From NCBI GenBank assembly GCA_964597115.1, contig CAZQXE010000002.1, positions 1 to 40,051 on the forward strand: 40,051 nt of DNA, written 5' to 3'. Both the position numbers and the translations under genes were made by a program. This DNA comes from an uncultured Pirellulales bacterium (lineage in GTDB: Bacteria > Planctomycetota > Phycisphaerae > Sedimentisphaerales > Anaerobacaceae). The notes under the pieces are model-generated. The model was not told the DNA's origin. It ran no database searches and saw only the letters and a program-made list of their open reading frames with translations. Positions 19,142 to 29,820 of this stretch are shown in pieces (the stretch's first letter is position 1; the number at the start of each line of letters is the position of its first letter).

Positions 19142-22100
19142 GTGTCCGCTTTGACGTACAATGTCTTTATGGAGCTTGGCCGAGACAAGACCGTTGGCCG
19201 GATACTTTCTCGTCTTGACGATGCCACTGATGGCAAAGGAGTAGTTAAAGTCGAGGGAACATGGGGGTCGTTCGGGCCGATGTTGGTTGCTCATTTATCA
19301 GAAAAGCTCGGTCGCCCAATTCTGTACGTTTGCCCTCATGTTGATGATGCCGATAAGGTTGCCGACGATATGTACACTTTCTGTGGTAAAAGAGTTGAGG
19401 CTCTGGGTGCCTGGGAGGGCGAGGAAGATTTAGCGGATGCCACAGATGAGATTCGGGCTGAAAGGCTGAAAATCGTATCTCGTGTTTCACATCTGACGCC
19501 TCGTTCGGATGATGAAGCATTTATTATTCCGGCGTCGATACAATCGCTTTGTCAGCCGGTACCGAAACCGGAAGCTATAGAGCAAAGCAGTCTTTGGTTA
19601 CAGGTTGAAAAAGAAGCCTCGCCGGAAGAGGTGGTTCAATGGCTGATTGATAATGGATTCGAGAGGGTGGAACGGATCGATTTGCCTGGTCAGTTTGCAC
19701 GTCGCGGCGGGATTCTTGATATTTATGCCCCTTTACTTGACGATAAGCTGCTCTCGGAAGAAGGGCCGGATGAATCGTCTCAGGATGCTGAGGCGGTAAG
19801 GATCGAATTCTTTGGCGACACGGTAGAAAGTATCCGCGAAGTCAATCTGGATACGCAGCGCTCGAGCCGGCAGATAAAGAGCATCAGAATTGTATCGGCT
19901 GTGTGCGGAGCAATAGCCCAACAGAGAGAGCTTTTTGTAAATATCCTGCCAAAAGATGCCGTAATAGTATTTGAAGAGCCGAGCGAGATTGAAGAAGTTG
20001 CGAAAGTATTTTTGGACAGGGCCGAAGATAAAAGTCGGCTTTACAACTGGACGGATATTTACAGGGCGGCGAGAAATTTTACGCAGCTTAATATTTGTAG
20101 ATTTGCCACTTCGGGAAAGGATGATTTTCTTAAGGTGGATATTCAGAGTGTGCAGAAGTTTCAGCACAAAGCGACTTCAGTGTGGGCGGGACATAAGGCG
20201 ACGCTCGAGGAGCTTTTAGGCGAAGCAAAACAGGGCAAAGAAATACGGCTTTACTGCGAGAGCTCGGCTGAAATCAAACGTGTGAGTGAGATTGCAAAAG
20301 ACATTAGCGAAGAAATTCCTGCAAGATTCAAACTTCTGTTAGGATTTATCCATCAGGGATTTGTTATAAATTCGTTAAATACGATTGTTATCAGCCATCA
20401 CGAGCTGTTCGGGCAATATGCACTCAGAAGAAGGCGCAGGCCGGCCAGAGCAACTTCACCGGTGGATACATTGAGCGATTTGCAGGAAGGTGACTATGTT
20501 GTTCATGCTTCCTACGGCATCGGTAAGTTTTCAGGGATTCAAACGATTCAGGAGAAGGGCGGGACAAATGAGTATCTTACGATTGAGTATGCAGACCATG
20601 TGAAAATACAGGTTTCGGTTCGTAATATTGCTCTGGTTCAAAAATTCGTCGGAACCAGTCCGAAACGTCCGAAGCTGAGCAAGGTCGGCTCGAAAAGGTG
20701 GCAAAAGCAGAAAGAAAAAGTAGCGCGTTCCGTTCGGGACCTTGCCGCAGAGCTGCTTGAAGTTCAGGCGAAGCGTCAGGCAGTGGGTGGTATCGCGTTC
20801 GGTGCTGATTCGAACTGGCAGGTGGAATTCGAAGAGTCGTTCGCCTATCAGGAAACGCCGGACCAAACCACAGCCGCAGAGCAAATCAAAGCGGATATGC
20901 GGCAGGCTGTGGTAATGGACAGACTTTTATGTGGCGATGTGGGTTATGGCAAGACGGAGCTTGCAATGAGGGCTGCATTTAAGGCTATCGAGAAAGGAAA
21001 GCAGGTTGCTGTATTAACACCGACAACGGTATTGTGTGTGCAGCACGGCAGGACTTTTACCGAGCGGTTTGCGGATTTCCCGATTTGCATCGAGGTTTTA
21101 AATCGGTTCAGGACAACAAGCCAGGCAAGAGACATAATCGCCCGGACTAAAGCCGGCAAAGTTGATGTGCTCATCGGTACACATCGGCTTGTAAGTGGTG
21201 ATGTCGGATTCAAAGACCTGGGGCTTTTAATAATAGATGAGGAGCAGCGGTTTGGGGTTGAACATAAAGAGAAACTCAAAAGGCTTCGTGTAAACGTTGA
21301 TATTCTTACGATGACTGCCACACCAATTCCGCGGACACTGCATATGTCACTATTAGGGCTGCGAAATATAAGCTCGCTGGGGACCCCGCCACTGGACAGA
21401 CGAAGCATAGTGACGACTGTAACTGCCTACAACGAGCAGCTCATCAAAAAGGCAATCTATAGGGAATTGAACCGTCAGGGACAGGTGTTTTTTCTGCACA
21501 ACAGGGTCAGGACAATCGAGAAAAAGGCCTGGGGAATTCAAAAACTTATTCCTGATGCAAAGATCAACATCGCGCACGGCCAGATGGCCAAGAGCGAGCT
21601 TGAGACAGCGATGATAGAGTTTGTGGCCGGCCGGACTGATGTGCTTGTCTGCACGACGATTATCGAATCGGGGCTGGATATTCCGAATGCAAACACGATT
21701 TTTATTAACGATGCGGACAGATTCGGCCTTGCGGAGCTGCACCAGCTTCGCGGCAGAGTCGGCAGGTATAAACATCGAGCCTATGCTTATATGCTGCTGC
21801 CAATGTCACGGCCGATTACACCTGTGGCCGCCAAGCGTTTGAAAGCTATCGAAGAATATTCACATTTAGGGGCCGGTTTTCGAATCGCTCTGCGGGACTT
21901 GGAGATTCGCGGGGCGGGCAATATACTTGGACCCGAACAGTCGGGACATATTCAAATAGTTGGCTATCAGATGTATTGTGAGTTGTTGGCCGATGCCGTA
22001 AGAAGATTAAAAGACGAACCTGTCGAAGCGATACCGTCGGCTGTTGTCGATTTGGGATTTGCTACATATATACCAAAGAATTATATTCCGATTAACAGGC

Positions 22101-22468
22101 ACAGGATGGATATCTATCGTAAAATCGCTGTTGTAAAGTGCCGGGAAGATTTGGGACAGATACGAGGCGAATTAACGGATCTGTATGGGCCTGTGCCGGA
22201 TGAGGTCGAGCTGCTGCTGGAATTGGCTGAGCTGCGAATAAATGCAAGCGGGTGCGATATAAAAAGCATCGTTGCATCGGAGCAGGATTTGATATTTACA
22301 TTCGAGAAAGATTACAGTGACAATGCTAAGGCTCTTTTTGCGAACGTTTCAGGGAAAATTCGAATTCCGGACCCGAAGGTAGCATATTTAAGACTGGAAA
22401 AGAATTACTTCGAGCCGAGAACGTTAATAAGCGTTTTACGAAAAATATTTGCGGATGAGAGAGAATGA
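19142..22468 (+). CDS. mfd: Transcription-repair coupling factor
   Basis: 1108 aa from a GTG start. UvrB-homology N-terminus, CarD/RNAP-interaction domain (GDYVVHASYGIGKFSGI), SF2 helicase motifs (GDVGYGKTE, DEEQRFG, TATPIPRTL, QLRGRVGR) and a C-terminal TRCF domain. Confidence 0.97.
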   Translation: MSALTYNVFMELGRDKTVGRILSRLDDATDGKGVVKVEGTWGSFGPMLVAHLSEKLGRPILYVCPHVDDADKVADDMYTFCGKRVEALGAWEGEEDLADATDEIRAERLKIVSRVSHLTPRSDDEAFIIPASIQSLCQPVPKPEAIEQSSLWLQVEKEASPEEVVQWLIDNGFERVERIDLPGQFARRGGILDIYAPLLDDKLLSEEGPDESSQDAEAVRIEFFGDTVESIREVNLDTQRSSRQIKSIRIVSAVCGAIAQQRELFVNILPKDAVIVFEEPSEIEEVAKVFLDRAEDKSRLYNWTDIYRAARNFTQLNICRFATSGKDDFLKVDIQSVQKFQHKATSVWAGHKATLEELLGEAKQGKEIRLYCESSAEIKRVSEIAKDISEEIPARFKLLLGFIHQGFVINSLNTIVISHHELFGQYALRRRRRPARATSPVDTLSDLQEGDYVVHASYGIGKFSGIQTIQEKGGTNEYLTIEYADHVKIQVSVRNIALVQKFVGTSPKRPKLSKVGSKRWQKQKEKVARSVRDLAAELLEVQAKRQAVGGIAFGADSNWQVEFEESFAYQETPDQTTAAEQIKADMRQAVVMDRLLCGDVGYGKTELAMRAAFKAIEKGKQVAVLTPTTVLCVQHGRTFTERFADFPICIEVLNRFRTTSQARDIIARTKAGKVDVLIGTHRLVSGDVGFKDLGLLIIDEEQRFGVEHKEKLKRLRVNVDILTMTATPIPRTLHMSLLGLRNISSLGTPPLDRRSIVTTVTAYNEQLIKKAIYRELNRQGQVFFLHNRVRTIEKKAWGIQKLIPDAKINIAHGQMAKSELETAMIEFVAGRTDVLVCTTIIESGLDIPNANTIFINDADRFGLAELHQLRGRVGRYKHRAYAYMLLPMSRPITPVAAKRLKAIEEYSHLGAGFRIALRDLEIRGAGNILGPEQSGHIQIVGYQMYCELLADAVRRLKDEPVEAIPSAVVDLGFATYIPKNYIPINRHRMDIYRKIAVVKCREDLGQIRGELTDLYGPVPDEVELLLELAELRINASGCDIKSIVASEQDLIFTFEKDYSDNAKALFANVSGKIRIPDPKVAYLRLEKNYFEPRTLISVLRKIFADERE

Positions 22469-22505
22469 ACGAAATGGAATAGTATAAAATTGAAGGAGAA
22501 AAATT

Positions 22506-23534
22506 ATGTGGAACGGTAAAAGCAGGATTTCAGTTTTAGTTTTGTTGATGGTTTTGTTAACAAGTTGTTTCGGAGGGGCTGGGAATAAAGAAGGTAAATC
22601 GCCGCTTGATGAACTGCCGCCATATATCAAACATGTGACGAAATTTGGTCAGAGGGCGGATTTTTCGCACGATGGAAAACGCATTTTATTTATCGAGAAG
22701 ACCTTCGGCGATGTATATGAAGTGGAATTAAAGACAGGGACCATCCGGTCGGTGACGCACCACTACTATCACGAAGGCTACACGCGTGCTCTGTATTTGT
22801 CTAATGGCGATATTCTGCTCTCAGGAGCACGGCAATTCGATGCAAAAAATCCGCAGGCGAGCCGAAGCGAAAAGAACGCGGAATTGTGGGTATTAAACAA
22901 GGACCTTTCAGGTGCTCCTGTGCCGCTCGGAGAAAAGTGTTCTGAAGGACCCGCCGTTTCTCGCAAGCACCTGCGGATTGCCTGGACGCAGCGAGGAGCG
23001 TTCTACATGGCGGATATAGTTTATAAAGACGGCAAACCGGAGCTGGCGAATAAGAAGAAGATTTTAGATAAGAATGATTTGTCATTTAAGTGCGACTTGG
23101 AAACTCAAAACTTTCGGCCGCCGGATGAGAAGGAACTAGTATTCAGCGCTTACGGATATCAGGGCACGGAAGTTATGGGCCTGGATATCGAGACAGGCGA
23201 TGTGGTTAACTATTCACAGGCGCCGGAGCAATATGATGAGCCGGAAGGCATTTTTCCCAATGGCAAATACACGCTTGTCGAGTGCGATAAGCACAGTGGC
23301 GAAGGAATACACTACAATGATATTTACAAGCTGGCTCTTGACGGTTCCGGAAAGATGGAACGCATGACATTCTTTGCGGACTATCCCGGCTACAAGTCTA
23401 CGAATCCTGTGGTAAGCGACGACGGCAGATATATGGCGTTTCAGTTTGCCAAAAGAGGCGACTGGGCCGGGGTAGGAAGGGGTATCTTGATTTTCGATTT
23501 ACAGATGCATTCGAAGATGAAGAAATCTCAATAA
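22506..23534 (+). CDS. Lipoprotein with TolB/PD40-like beta-propeller
   Basis: 342 aa with strong SD AAGGAG and lipobox LLTSC. PD40-type strands are present (FSHDGKRILFIEK, VSDDGRYMAFQFAKRG). Confidence 0.7.
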   Translation: MWNGKSRISVLVLLMVLLTSCFGGAGNKEGKSPLDELPPYIKHVTKFGQRADFSHDGKRILFIEKTFGDVYEVELKTGTIRSVTHHYYHEGYTRALYLSNGDILLSGARQFDAKNPQASRSEKNAELWVLNKDLSGAPVPLGEKCSEGPAVSRKHLRIAWTQRGAFYMADIVYKDGKPELANKKKILDKNDLSFKCDLETQNFRPPDEKELVFSAYGYQGTEVMGLDIETGDVVNYSQAPEQYDEPEGIFPNGKYTLVECDKHSGEGIHYNDIYKLALDGSGKMERMTFFADYPGYKSTNPVVSDDGRYMAFQFAKRGDWAGVGRGILIFDLQMHSKMKKSQ

Positions 23535-23564
23535 AAATGACGATATAATAGGGATAATAAGATA

Positions 23565-24266
23565 ATGAAATTGTCCAGGCAGAAAGGCGAAACAATGTTT
23601 AAAAAAGACAATATCATATTGTTCTTGAGTTTATTTACTTTGTCATTATATGCAGGCGGATGTGCCGACCCCGGAGGATTTGGAGTAACAGGAAAGGTCG
23701 GAACGTTGGGAGTAGGGGGAGAAATAACAACGAGAGTGCTGTTGAATGTAAACTCAAGGATTGGTTTCAATCAATCAGATTTGGATTTCGACAGAGAGAT
23801 CGAGGACGTTGATTATGATGTCGATGTAGATTTACGTTCGTTTTCAGCATTACTCGACTGGCATGTATTTCTTGATTCTTTCCGTGTCAGTGTCGGAGCA
23901 TTAGTTAATAAGAACGAGATTTATATGGATGCAAGATCTGCAACTGCTGTGGAGATTGGTGGTGTTATGTACACACCTGCTGAGGCAGGTGTCTTAAAAG
24001 GCAGCGTTGACTGGGATGATATAGCTCCTTATTTTGGAATCGGCTGGGGTGATGCGCTTGACAGCAGCAAAAGATTCGGATTGACCTTTGATATTGGTGT
24101 TGCTTATATACGTTCTCCCAATGTTAATTTAACTGCAAATGGTACGCTCTCCGCTGATCCGGCATTCCGAGCGTCTTTGGCAAGGGAAAGACGAGATATA
24201 GAAAAAGAACTGGGCGCTTTTAAGTATTATCCGGTTATTTCTGCTGGCTTATTCTTTAGGTTCTAA
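23565..24266 (+). CDS. Putative outer-membrane beta-barrel protein (possibly lipidated)
   Basis: 233 aa. The internal ATG at 23595 gives MFKKDNIILFLSLFTLSLYAGGC. The body has alternating hydrophobic beta-strand patterning, Gly/aromatic girdle residues (PYFGIGWGDAL) and a C-terminal aromatic end GLFFRF typical of OMP barrels. Confidence 0.6.
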   Translation: MKLSRQKGETMFKKDNIILFLSLFTLSLYAGGCADPGGFGVTGKVGTLGVGGEITTRVLLNVNSRIGFNQSDLDFDREIEDVDYDVDVDLRSFSALLDWHVFLDSFRVSVGALVNKNEIYMDARSATAVEIGGVMYTPAEAGVLKGSVDWDDIAPYFGIGWGDALDSSKRFGLTFDIGVAYIRSPNVNLTANGTLSADPAFRASLARERRDIEKELGAFKYYPVISAGLFFRF

Positions 24267-24710
24267 ACTTCAGAATAAGTCGTATCGAACGAACAAGCCA
24301 ATCTCAAGTCTTCGAAAATAATTTATTTGAACCTGCCGGCCAAAGCCTTGCCTAATTGACATTCGAGCTTGCTGGGGGTACTTACTATATCGGTGCTGCA
24401 ACCCGCCGAAATTATCCTCGTCAACAGCGCAGTTATCCATAACGTTCTGCTCATTCACTATGCTCCTAACCTGTATTTAGCCGGTAAATAAAAACATCCG
24501 GCATATAAGTCGGCACAGGATTAGTTTTTGTCAAGCCGGTTTGAATCTTATGAAGGCATTACTCCAAACGCAGGCATTGTAAGAATATATCCGGTGGCTC
24601 GAAAATAAGAATTGAAAATTTTCGTACTTACTCTTAAGATAAACGCTTTAGATAAGCTTTTGCTTTTATGGGGCACGGAAAACGACGTTTTATGTATTGA
24701 AGGGCAGGCT

Positions 24711-25295
24711 ATGGCAGAGGTTAAACCGAGCCGAGAAGAAGCTTTTTCGCTGCTGAAGCAATACAACCAGAATGAAGGATTGATTAAGCACGCATTGGCT
24801 GTTGAAGCTGTCATGCGCTATAGTGCCGGAAAGCGGGGCGAAGACGAAGAAAAATGGGGTGTTATCGGGTTGGTTCACGACCTGGACTACGAACAATTTC
24901 CCGAACAGCACTGCCGGAAAACCGAGGAGATTCTTAACTCTTGTGGCTGGCCGACTGAGTACATACGTGCCGTGATGTCTCATGGCTGGGGTATATGCAC
25001 CGAGATTGAACCCCAAAGCGAACTAGAGAAGGTCCTTTATGCTGTTGATGAGCTGACTGGGCTTGTCGTGGCCACGGCGCTTGTGCGACCAAGCAGGAGT
25101 TTGATGGATATGAAAGTAAAGTCTGTAAAAAAGAAATGGAAAGACAAAGCTTTTGCCGCGGGCGTAAACCGATCCGTAATCGAAAAAGGTGCCGAGATGT
25201 TAGGTGTCGAACTGGATGAGCTTATCAACGACGTCATTATGGGGATGCGCGGCGTAGCTGATAAGATTGGTTTGAAAGGTGATTGTAGTTTATAG
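24711..25295 (+). CDS. HD-domain metal-dependent phosphohydrolase (COG2316-like)
   Basis: The track ORF starts at 24612. The ATG at 24711 (MAEVKPSREEAFSLLKQYNQNEGLIKHALAVEAVMRY) matches the usual N-terminus of this family. The H...HD signature is present (KHALAVE ... GLVHDLDYEQ). Confidence 0.8.
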   Translation: MAEVKPSREEAFSLLKQYNQNEGLIKHALAVEAVMRYSAGKRGEDEEKWGVIGLVHDLDYEQFPEQHCRKTEEILNSCGWPTEYIRAVMSHGWGICTEIEPQSELEKVLYAVDELTGLVVATALVRPSRSLMDMKVKSVKKKWKDKAFAAGVNRSVIEKGAEMLGVELDELINDVIMGMRGVADKIGLKGDCSL

Positions 25296-25344
25296 TTTTA
25301 GCGTTTGGCTTTGAGTATGTAGTTGACAAGTTTGAGGTAAGGAT

Positions 25345-26544
25345 ATGCGTGAGTGTATTTTTTTAATAGTATTAATGCTCTTGCTGGTCTGTGGCTGTGG
25401 TGGCAATAGGAAGGCTTTGACCGATATTGAATTAGAGCGTATTGCTTTTGCTCAGAAGATAGAGCTAACAGAGGCTGCGGGTGGGCTTGTGCTGGTAGTA
25501 GGTGGTGAGTCTATAACCAGCAACGAATTCATAGAGCGTCCGGCAGATCTGAAAATTAAGCGTATCTCACCGATAGAACTTTTTGGTCAAACTGCCCAGG
25601 TGAGCACTCTTGAACAGTTCAAAGAGCGGACCCGTGACCAGTTGAAAGAAATTCTTATGGGTAAGATATCAAACATTCTGCTTTATCAATACGCCAGGAG
25701 GCAGGCCGGAAAGAATGTTGAAGAAAGTCTTGAGAAGGCGGCAGAGGGTGAGTTGAGAAAATTTATGCTCGATTTTGGAGGCAACCAGGCCAAAGCTGAC
25801 GAGGTACTTGAGCAGATGGGAATGGATCGAAACAGCTTTAAGGAACAGCAAAAAAAGATGATTCTCATTCAATGGTATGTGACATCGAAATTACCTCGTG
25901 ATAAGCCCGTCACATACCGAGAGCTTTTGGATCGCTATAATGAGATGAAAGACGAATTTTTTGCCAAGCCTGCGATGATACATTTTAGGCTGATTGATAT
26001 TCAGCCGGTTAGATTGCAGGTGACTGATCCTAATAAAGATCTCCAGCAACTGGCTGTGGAACGGGCCGGTGAATTACTCACACGAATCGAAGCGGGTGAG
26101 GATTTCGGTGAGTTGGCAAAGCAATATTCGCACGGCGACTGGAGAACATTTGGAGGATTGTGGAGGCCGGTGCGGCCGGCGTCTTTAAGGGCGCCGTATA
26201 ACATTCTTGTGGCTGAGGCGGAGAAGATTGAGCCGAATCAGGTGACAGGACCTGTTGTAGCGAGGGGGCATGTTTTTATAATGAAGCTGGAAGATAAGCA
26301 ATCAGCCGGTTATGAGCCGTTTGAGACGGTGCAGGACAAGGTGCAGGAAAGCATTGTTTTAGACCGCCAGAACGAGGTTGTTAATAGGATCAATGCCAAG
26401 CTCGTAGAGCAGGCAGAACTCGGTGATACGGATGAGTTCATAGATTTCTGCCTGGAAGAAATTCATAGAATGAGTAAAGACCCTTCCGCGAGGCTGAGAG
26501 CTAAATCTGTCTCGGGCCGGGTCGAGACAGGTATAGCACCGTAG
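25345..26544 (+). CDS. PpiC/parvulin-type peptidyl-prolyl isomerase lipoprotein (PrsA/SurA-like)
   Basis: 399 aa with lipobox LLVCGC and a SurA-N-like helical region. The parvulin domain is IHFRLIDIQ...GEDFGELAKQYSHGD...GGLWRPV...VFIMKLEDK. Confidence 0.8.
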   Translation: MRECIFLIVLMLLLVCGCGGNRKALTDIELERIAFAQKIELTEAAGGLVLVVGGESITSNEFIERPADLKIKRISPIELFGQTAQVSTLEQFKERTRDQLKEILMGKISNILLYQYARRQAGKNVEESLEKAAEGELRKFMLDFGGNQAKADEVLEQMGMDRNSFKEQQKKMILIQWYVTSKLPRDKPVTYRELLDRYNEMKDEFFAKPAMIHFRLIDIQPVRLQVTDPNKDLQQLAVERAGELLTRIEAGEDFGELAKQYSHGDWRTFGGLWRPVRPASLRAPYNILVAEAEKIEPNQVTGPVVARGHVFIMKLEDKQSAGYEPFETVQDKVQESIVLDRQNEVVNRINAKLVEQAELGDTDEFIDFCLEEIHRMSKDPSARLRAKSVSGRVETGIAP

Positions 26545-26586
26545 TTTATTGCGGATTTTTTTCTAATCGCCAATCAGGATAAGAAG

Positions 26587-26985
26587 ATGGAAATTTTAGC
26601 ACATGGTATAGACCTTGTAGATTGCCCGCGAATAGAAGAGATGGTGAAGCGGCACGGCGAGCGTTTCATTAATAGAGTTTTTACTACTGCTGAACAAGCC
26701 TATGCCGAGGCCAATAAGAATAACATAGAAAAACTGGCCGGACGCTTTGCAGCAAAGGAGGCGATTCTTAAATTAATGGGAACAGGCTGGCGAGGCAAGA
26801 TTGCCTGGACGGATATTGAGATAGTAAACAACGATGTGGGCCAGCCTGAGGTCACTCTTAGTGGGGAGGTTAGAAAGATTGCCGACAAATTCGGAATTGA
26901 ACATATTAGCGTTAGTATCACACATACCGCAAATTTCGCCATAGCGTCGGCGGTTGCGCTTACACAATCAAATGAAAGCGAATGA
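26587..26985 (+). CDS. acpS: Holo-[acyl-carrier-protein] synthase
   Basis: 132 aa with [37 protein letters not shown] and ISVSITHT, the canonical AcpS 4'-phosphopantetheinyl transferase pattern. Confidence 0.93.
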   Translation: MEILAHGIDLVDCPRIEEMVKRHGERFINRVFTTAEQAYAEANKNNIEKLAGRFAAKEAILKLMGTGWRGKIAWTDIEIVNNDVGQPEVTLSGEVRKIADKFGIEHISVSITHTANFAIASAVALTQSNESE

Positions 26986-28795
26986 GTTCGATTGTGTTGT
27001 CGTGGGAGGAGGTCATGCCGGCATCGAGGCTGCTCATGCCGCCGCGAGAATAGGCGCCAAGACCTGCCTGGTCACAATCAGCAGTGATACGATAGCCAAG
27101 ATGAGTTGTAATCCGGCTATCGGTGGACTTGCGAAGGGACAAATTGCGCGCGAGGTCGATGCGCTGGGGGGATTGATGGGATTGGCGATTGATGCAACGG
27201 GGATTCAATTTCGCCTGTTGAATCGCTCGAAGGGACCGGCCGTGCAGGCCCCGAGAGCACAAGCCGACAAATACAAGTACAAGAATCATATCCGTATGCT
27301 GCTCGAACAAACACCTAATCTGACTATCGCCGAAGCATTAGTATCGCAGATCATAACTGACAAAAACAACGTGCGAGGGATTAAGTGTAGTGATGGTAGA
27401 ATATATAATGCTCCGGCGATAATTTTGACCTCAGGGACATTTCTTCGCGGCTTAATGCACATCGGCACAGAACAATTTCCCGGCGGACGGCTTGGCGAAC
27501 CGGCTGCCAATGAACTCTCGGATAGTCTACAACAAATTGGACTGGAGCTCAGAAGGCTCAAGACCGGCACACCGGCCAGGCTGGACGCCGCGACGGTGGA
27601 ACTGGACAAACTCGAAATCCAGCACGGAGATGAAAAACCGGTGCCCTTTTCGTTTATGACCGAAAGAATTAACCGACCGCAGATTCCCTGCTGGATAACC
27701 TACACGAACGAAAAAATACATAATCTAATCAGAGACAATCTGCATCGTGCGCCGCTTTATTCCGGGCAAATCAATTCCACCGGCCCCCGATACTGCCCTA
27801 GCATCGAGACTAAAATTGTGCGCTTCGCGGACAAAAATCGCCATCAGGTATTTCTGGAGCCGGAAGATGAAGAGCAAACAACAATCTATTGCAACGGCAT
27901 AAGCACCTCGGTGCCGAAGGACGTCCAGGAGCAGATGCTCAAGCTTTTACCCGGCACAGAAAACGCCAAGATAATTCATTACGCCTATGCGATTGAGTAT
28001 GATTATTGTCCACCTATTCAATTAAAGCCGAATCTGGAGACAAAGAAAATATCGGGACTTTTTCTCGCAGGACAGATAAACGGAACCAGCGGATACGAAG
28101 AGGCGGCGGGACAGGGGATAATAGCAGGTATTAACGCTGCCGGAAAATTGCAAGACAAAGAGCCGATTGTTCTTGGAAGGGACCAGGCGTATATCGCGGT
28201 GATGGTAGATGATTTGCTGACGAAAGGCATCGATGAGCCTTATCGTATGTTCACGTCGCGGGCAGAGTATCGGCTGGCACTGCGGGCGGATAATGCGGAT
28301 AGAAGATTGACGCAAATCGGCAAGTCGGTTGGGCTTGTGGGAAAAGAACGATGGGCTAAGTTTCAAAACAAACTTGAGAAAATTAATAAGCTAAAAAGTT
28401 TTCTAAAAAGTAATAACCAAGTCGGAATTAGTTTGTGGGATCAGCTTCGCCAGCCAAATAATCCTCTTGCGCAGACGCTAGCCGAGAATCCCGACCTCAA
28501 GGATATGAATCTTACCGAAGATGTGTTGCAGGCGGTGATTATTGATGCCAAATATGAAGGTTATTTGGCTAAACAAGAGCGGCTCGTGGCTAATTTTAGA
28601 TCTCTGGAGAACAAAAAGATACCGGCGGATTTAGATTACAACAGCATCCAGCATTTGCGCACGGAGGCCAGAGAAAAGCTTTCAGCTTTTGGGCCGAGCA
28701 CGCTTGCCCAAGCCTCACGAATAAGCGGCATAACGCCGGCCGATATTACTGTAATTCAAATCCATCTGAAAAAAAGCTATGACCGAGCTGTCTGA
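26972..28795 (+). CDS. mnmG: tRNA uridine 5-carboxymethylaminomethyl modification enzyme MnmG (GidA)
   Basis: The track ORF begins at the TTG at 26954. The ATG at 26972 gives [31 protein letters not shown] (FAD-binding GxGxxG). [21 protein letters not shown] and [10 protein letters not shown] are diagnostic. The gene overlaps the acpS 3' end. Confidence 0.96.
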   Translation: MKANEFDCVVVGGGHAGIEAAHAAARIGAKTCLVTISSDTIAKMSCNPAIGGLAKGQIAREVDALGGLMGLAIDATGIQFRLLNRSKGPAVQAPRAQADKYKYKNHIRMLLEQTPNLTIAEALVSQIITDKNNVRGIKCSDGRIYNAPAIILTSGTFLRGLMHIGTEQFPGGRLGEPAANELSDSLQQIGLELRRLKTGTPARLDAATVELDKLEIQHGDEKPVPFSFMTERINRPQIPCWITYTNEKIHNLIRDNLHRAPLYSGQINSTGPRYCPSIETKIVRFADKNRHQVFLEPEDEEQTTIYCNGISTSVPKDVQEQMLKLLPGTENAKIIHYAYAIEYDYCPPIQLKPNLETKKISGLFLAGQINGTSGYEEAAGQGIIAGINAAGKLQDKEPIVLGRDQAYIAVMVDDLLTKGIDEPYRMFTSRAEYRLALRADNADRRLTQIGKSVGLVGKERWAKFQNKLEKINKLKSFLKSNNQVGISLWDQLRQPNNPLAQTLAENPDLKDMNLTEDVLQAVIIDAKYEGYLAKQERLVANFRSLENKKIPADLDYNSIQHLRTEAREKLSAFGPSTLAQASRISGITPADITVIQIHLKKSYDRAV

Positions 28796-29807
28796 GAATA
28801 TTTACAATAGTCAAGTCGCACGAGACGAACCAAAGTTGAAGCTCTGGCGTTCGGCGGGTTTGCTGCTAACATACAAATGCAACTGTGCCTGTGAATTCTG
28901 CTATTACAATTGTTGTCCTGAAAAAAATGGACTAATGCCCGTAGATACTGCCATAAGTGCGTGGCAGTCGCTGAAAATCCTTGCCGGCGACAGTGCTAAA
29001 ATCCACATCACCGGCGGCGAACCATTTCTTTACTGGGAGCATCTGCAGGAAATACTAAAAGAAGCGAAGAAAAACAATCTCGGCAAAGTTGATTTGATAG
29101 AGACGGATGGCTATTGGGCTACAAGTGAAAAGATTGTAAGACAGCGATTAAAAAGACTCGATGAACTTGGAATGTATAGATTCAAAATCAGTACCGATCC
29201 GTTTCATCAGGAATACGTTGATATGGAACCGGTGCGTCGATTAGCTGATATGGCTTATGAAATCCTTGGATCCGAACGAGTCCTGGTTCGTTGGCAAAAA
29301 TATTTAGATAATCCGATTCAAATGAAAAGGCTCTCAGAGACCGATCGCTCGCAGCAATATATAAATGCCATGAATGACTTTCCCTGTCGCTTCACCGGCC
29401 GTGCCGCAGGAAAATTAGCTGAACTGGTCGCCGCAAAACCAATTGAAACCTTCGTTTCGATGAATTGTAAAAAAAGCTTTTTAGCTGCAAAAGGTGTACA
29501 TATCGATCCGTTCGGTTTTGTTTTCAGCGGGACCTGCAGCGGCATTATTGTCGGCAACATTAATCAAATTCCTCTTGAAAATATCTGGAAGCAGTTTGAT
29601 CCTTCTCAAAAAGAATTTGTGAAAATCCTGTTTAGTACGGGCCCTTATGGTTTACTGTCTGAAGCAGAGAAACTGGGATACGAAAAAGCAGCATTCTACG
29701 CGAGTAAGTGTCATCTTTGCACCAGTATTCGACAATTCTTATTCAGCAAAAGCACAAAAAAATCAACAGTAGGCCCGGCGGAATGTTACCGTGATATACA
29801 GACCTAA
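28779..29807 (+). CDS. Radical SAM protein, subfamily unassigned
   Basis: 342 aa with the CxxxCxxC cluster [10 protein letters not shown] at residues 34-43 and the SAM-binding-like [10 protein letters not shown]. Extra C-terminal cysteines are present (NCKKS, GTCSG, KCHLC, ECY). The start lies 17 nt inside the mnmG 3' end. Confidence 0.8.
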   Translation: MTELSENIYNSQVARDEPKLKLWRSAGLLLTYKCNCACEFCYYNCCPEKNGLMPVDTAISAWQSLKILAGDSAKIHITGGEPFLYWEHLQEILKEAKKNNLGKVDLIETDGYWATSEKIVRQRLKRLDELGMYRFKISTDPFHQEYVDMEPVRRLADMAYEILGSERVLVRWQKYLDNPIQMKRLSETDRSQQYINAMNDFPCRFTGRAAGKLAELVAAKPIETFVSMNCKKSFLAAKGVHIDPFGFVFSGTCSGIIVGNINQIPLENIWKQFDPSQKEFVKILFSTGPYGLLSEAEKLGYEKAAFYASKCHLCTSIRQFLFSKSTKKSTVGPAECYRDIQT

Positions 29808-29820
29808 AGCCGGCAGATGA

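Noticed and set aside
24270-24458. 62-aa minus-strand ORF (GTG start preceded by AGGAG) in the 444-bp gap between the beta-barrel gene and the HD gene
   Set aside because: The SD-like sequence is only 4 nt from the GTG. The product has no signal peptide, TM segment or motif, and I cannot support it from sequence alone. It is worth checking against conservation or Ribo-seq data but is not reportable as a gene.
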